A DNA stretch of 63,486 nucleotides, filler included, from Perkinsus olseni (lineage: Eukaryota), in NCBI GenBank assembly GCA_013115125.1. It is 21 parts of 21 records of this genome, joined end to end, with 100 filler letters (N's around TTAATTAATTAA, not from the genome) between each part and the next. Parts side by side here need not be neighbours in the genome. Positions count along the whole stretch, not along the records: positions 57,642 to 60,515 come from JABANN010001487.1; positions 60,616 to 63,486 come from JABANN010001488.1; 19 more parts are not named here. The stretch is one strand, 5' to 3'. The notes under the pieces are model-generated. The model saw only the letters and a list, made by a program, of their open reading frames with translations, did no database searches and was not told the DNA's origin. Within the stretch, counting starts at the first letter, position 1. The number at the start of each line of letters is the position of its first letter. Below are positions 59,966-63,486 of this stretch, one piece after another. The position numbers and the translations under genes were made by a program.

Positions 59966-60371
59966 AGCACGCTCAGGAGATGCTGAAGAAGTTGAACCGA
60001 TTCGTAGAGGAGGTCGTTAAACCAGGTTCGTGGATCGGCTAGCTCTCTTGTCCAGTAGCGGAGTTTTGTCAGGGGAGGTCCTGTACAGAGAGCAGCATTC
60101 GAAGAGTGGGAATCGTTGGGCCTGCCCACCTGTGATGGAGGAGATGAAAGCTGAGGCAAAGAAGAGGGGGCTGTGGAATCTATTCGTCCCCAGGAAGTTC
60201 AAAGAGAGTACGTTGTTGGTTGACATGCGTATTCACTAGTTTCATGCAGTACCGGGAACAGGCCCTGGGCTGACGACATTCGAATACGCTCATCTCTGTG
60301 AGGTGATGGGTAAGCATCTCCTGGCAGCGGAAGCCACCAACTGTAGCGCTCCGGATACGGGAAATATGGAG
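59966..60371 (+). CDS. Acyl-CoA dehydrogenase (ACAD10/11-like), N-terminal exons, partial
   Basis: [41 protein letters not shown] and [14 protein letters not shown]. Confidence 0.88.
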
Positions 60372-63354
60372 GTGAGGTGCTCCCTGATGCTGCGTCGATG
60401 TGGCATGTTAAGCAAGCGAGGCGTGTGCACTGCACACTGTGCAGTATGAGAACATATGATACTCTACGGTTATGAGAATATACCTGAAGAATTTTTATGA
60501 CTACCATTTTCGTTGNNNNNNNNNNNNNNNNNNNNNNNNNNNNNNNNNNNNNNNNNNNNTTAATTAATTAANNNNNNNNNNNNNNNNNNNNNNNNNNNNN
60601 NNNNNNNNNNNNNNNATCGTTCAAGCGCTGCTTTCCTCGGTCGAGTATTACTATATACAACAACGTGGTCAACGTGTACGTGCGTGTCGTGATATCATCA
60701 TTTTCGGGGCCATAGCGATCTTCGGGATGAGGACCAGCATTAGCCAAAGGGTCGAGCTCATCCACCTCAGCGATAGAATAGTCACGATGATCACCTGCCG
60801 CGGCATAGACACCGTTTTCCCACTGTATCCACCCGTCATGCCCAACCGGATCATCCATACGCTCGCCCAATGAACGAGGATCCTGCTAACCCGGCGGAAC
60901 ACCCTTGCCCCAGCGAACAACACCGGGAGCCGACGTAGCATCAGCCGTCGGAGGACCTGTTGGACGGGAGTCCCGTCACGGGAGGGATAGCCTCTCACAT
61001 ACAAATTATCCAGCTGCCTAGGGACGCTATCAACATAAGACAAAAGAGCCAGACGCTCCCCAACCTTTCGCATACGACGGAGGATCTGCGGCTCAGTAGG
61101 GTTCTCAGGAAGCGGAGGCAAGTCATCTTGAACATAACGAGGAATCCTATCAGCTTGAATAGACTCAAGCGCGGTGCTTGAAGCGCCCACTCGGCCAGAG
61201 GTGGTGGCGGACCCGAAGGAGTCATGAGAGTCGAGGACAACAACGAGCTGCTACCAGTAAGGTGTCGCGCCACGGCAGTCGCGGTACTGGCTCACGGAAA
61301 CTCAACAAGCGGATGTCTTGTGCCAGAACAAGCCAATATGGTATTGGCATTACCACTACCCTGGGACAGAAGTAGTGTAACAAATTGAGAGTGAAGTGCA
61401 TTGATACTGACTAAGTGAAGGCACTTCACTCTCTCCCCTGCTTCTTCGAGATGGGATGATAAGCTATATAAGGGCTGCAAGGGTATGACCTCTTCCCGGA
61501 CTTGACGAGACCTTCCTGGGATACAGAGAACCAACTAGCCGAGCATAAGAGTATCAGCAGCAGGCAATCCGCACCCACAACAACGGGCAAAACTGTCTCC
61601 GTTCTCGAGATCATCCCGAAACCATCAGATGAATTGTTCAGAGGCCGCTTGCATGCAGATTCTGATGTTTACATCACAACTTGTGATTCACAAGTCATGG
61701 GTAGAATTAACTTGCGGTTCCGAATCGAAACTTCCGATGCATGAGGCGATGCTGATTACATGAGTGAGGTTGTTTCTCGTGGGAAATCAGCCAACTACCC
61801 TCATGCGCGCGTATCTCTCCGGTTCTACCATAGGCGGCTTCAGTTCGCGCGATTTCAAATTGAAACTTTCAATACAACCACCCATCAGAGATCACTCTGC
61901 AATGCTCAGTAATCAAATCGGATTTGATTACTGAGCAATTGAATTTGACAAATTCGCGAGCTCTTTCAGGATCATAAGCATGAGCTGCGACTTCATTGTA
62001 CGGAATTCTCAAATAGCAAGTCGTAACTCTAGGTATTCTACCGGGAGCACGAGTAACTGGCGAGAAAACGAAGTGACGAACTGGAACTGCACGAAACTGG
62101 AGTGAATATGAATTTGAATCAGGTTCCGAATAATGACAGTGATTTGAAATTCAAATTTTGAATCACAGCATGATACTCACGAGTAGCATGCTCACGTATC
62201 AGGAAAGAAATCTTGACTCAACGGACATCTTCATCCCTTAAAGCGGACAGCATCGGCCTTACTGGTCGTCTCACATCAGGTTGATGACCTTCTCCACCCG
62301 GTTCCATCGCCACTTCCCCAGGGCTTCTCAGCCGGAATCACCCGGACTGAGCAGACGTACGATGAGGGGGATCAAACAGACACGGATGATGAAGGTGAGC
62401 ACCTCAGACCCGTCATTCATTCGCTGTGCGTCGGTTGCTTGCTCTCGGTGATTTTCAGAGTGTTGAGGGCCTCGACTTGAGGCTCGCGGTTGTTTCAGTT
62501 GAAACTCTCCTGACTAATGCAGCAACGCTCGGGGAAGACGGCGACGTTACACCGCGGCCGACCGGGCGAATTCGAGTAAAGCAGAGCGATTCGGACTCGG
62601 ATACTAGCGGCCAAGGGGGGACGGAAAGTGAGTTCAAGTGACGCTGTCTGTATTCTTGCAGCCACGCGACCCTCATCGTTGGGATTGAATAACGGCGAAT
62701 ATTTGCTTTTCGTCTGTCCATTGCAGCACCGCCGCCAACGGGTAAGAGAATGAGGAGTTCTTCTGGTGAGAGTCCGTCCTCGCAGAAGCGGTTGAGGAAG
62801 GACTGGTGGGTTCTTGAGAGCGTCTCTCGTGCTTCGCAGACTAGTGTGCTCTCAGTGAGGAGAAGCCTGCCGGAGCCACTTTCGGCGACTTATTAGGCAA
62901 TGACTCTGAGTGATGATAATGTATAATGAGAAGATTGAATTTTACCATCGACTGACCATAGTCAATCCTTATCAGTTGGCTTGCGTTCTGACAGGCTCGG
63001 GCGGGAATCCCGCCGCGGTATGATAGCTGCTGATGGTTATGATGAACACAAAACAAGATGATGAGAAATAGGAGATAGGTTTGTGATGGTATTACGATCA
63101 TCGTGAGTGCCCCTCTGTGGAGGAAGGGGGCGAAAACGAAATATCGGGTAGCTACTAAAAATAAAAAAGGATGCTATATGATAGTTCTAGCAATAAGATG
63201 AAAAAAGGACCATGCGTGGGTGGGACTTCTCATGTACTCTTCTCCTTGTTTATCTGAGAATGTGACATGGTTTGGCGATTCGTAGCAGATGGGCAGCCTC
63301 TCTCACCTGAAGGGCGCAGGAGCACTCACGGTCATCAGGGCACAATAGGATAGC

Positions 63355-63468
63355 CCAGATCTGGGGACTGATCTACAAGATCAGTCGGGGCCGTGTTCTT
63401 CAAGACCAGATCGGGGGACTGATCTACAAGATCAGTCGGGGCCGTGCTCTTCAAGACCAGATCTGGGG
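63355..63468. repeat. 51-bp tandem repeat (2.2 copies), each unit with an internal hairpin
   Basis: Units start at 63355, 63406 and 63457; each full unit has GACTGATCT-ACA-AGATCAGTC. Confidence 0.9.
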
Positions 63469-63486
63469 AAAGGTCCTTCGTCCCGT

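Noticed and set aside
60669-61273. Minus-strand ORFs as a defined gene
   Set aside because: No recognisable motif or consistent exon structure.
1-63486. Gene cluster or system spanning neighbouring contigs (proteases, mucin, FN3, GT2 as an island)
   Set aside because: Contigs are ordered by length, so adjacency across linkers is artificial.

Overview
This window is not one locus. It is 21 unrelated small eukaryotic contigs (about 2.98 kb falling to about 2.87 kb, sorted by length) joined by an artificial 100-bp linker (44 N + TTAATTAATTAA + 44 N), so adjacency across linkers means nothing. Short introns (about 45-60 nt, including a GC-AG one), the gene families present and the retroelement types suggest an alveolate protist, most likely Perkinsus. 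That assignment is inference only. Host genes: an intronless S8 subtilisin, two tandem short-chain dehydrogenases, a Thr-rich mucin, the 3' part of NCBP2/CBP20, an orphan secreted protein, a tandem tRNA-Lys(UUU) array, an FN3 plus Cys-rich protein, an A1 aspartyl protease pseudogene, adrenodoxin reductase, a GST, a membrane GT2 glycosyltransferase, an RRM protein and an acyl-CoA dehydrogenase fragment. Mobile DNA: three related BEL/Pao-like LTR retrotransposons (one open, one decayed, one internally deleted), a DIRS/Ngaro-like element with a CCCH Gag, an apparently intact hAT transposon, LTR ends and MITE ends. The most unusual object is a 503-bp insertion (47385-47887) inside a retrotransposon pol gene. 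It has a 9-bp target-site duplication, short GG..CC termini, a tRNA-like Pol III A/B-box head and an exact 15-bp-period array with a conserved core and non-repeating spacers.
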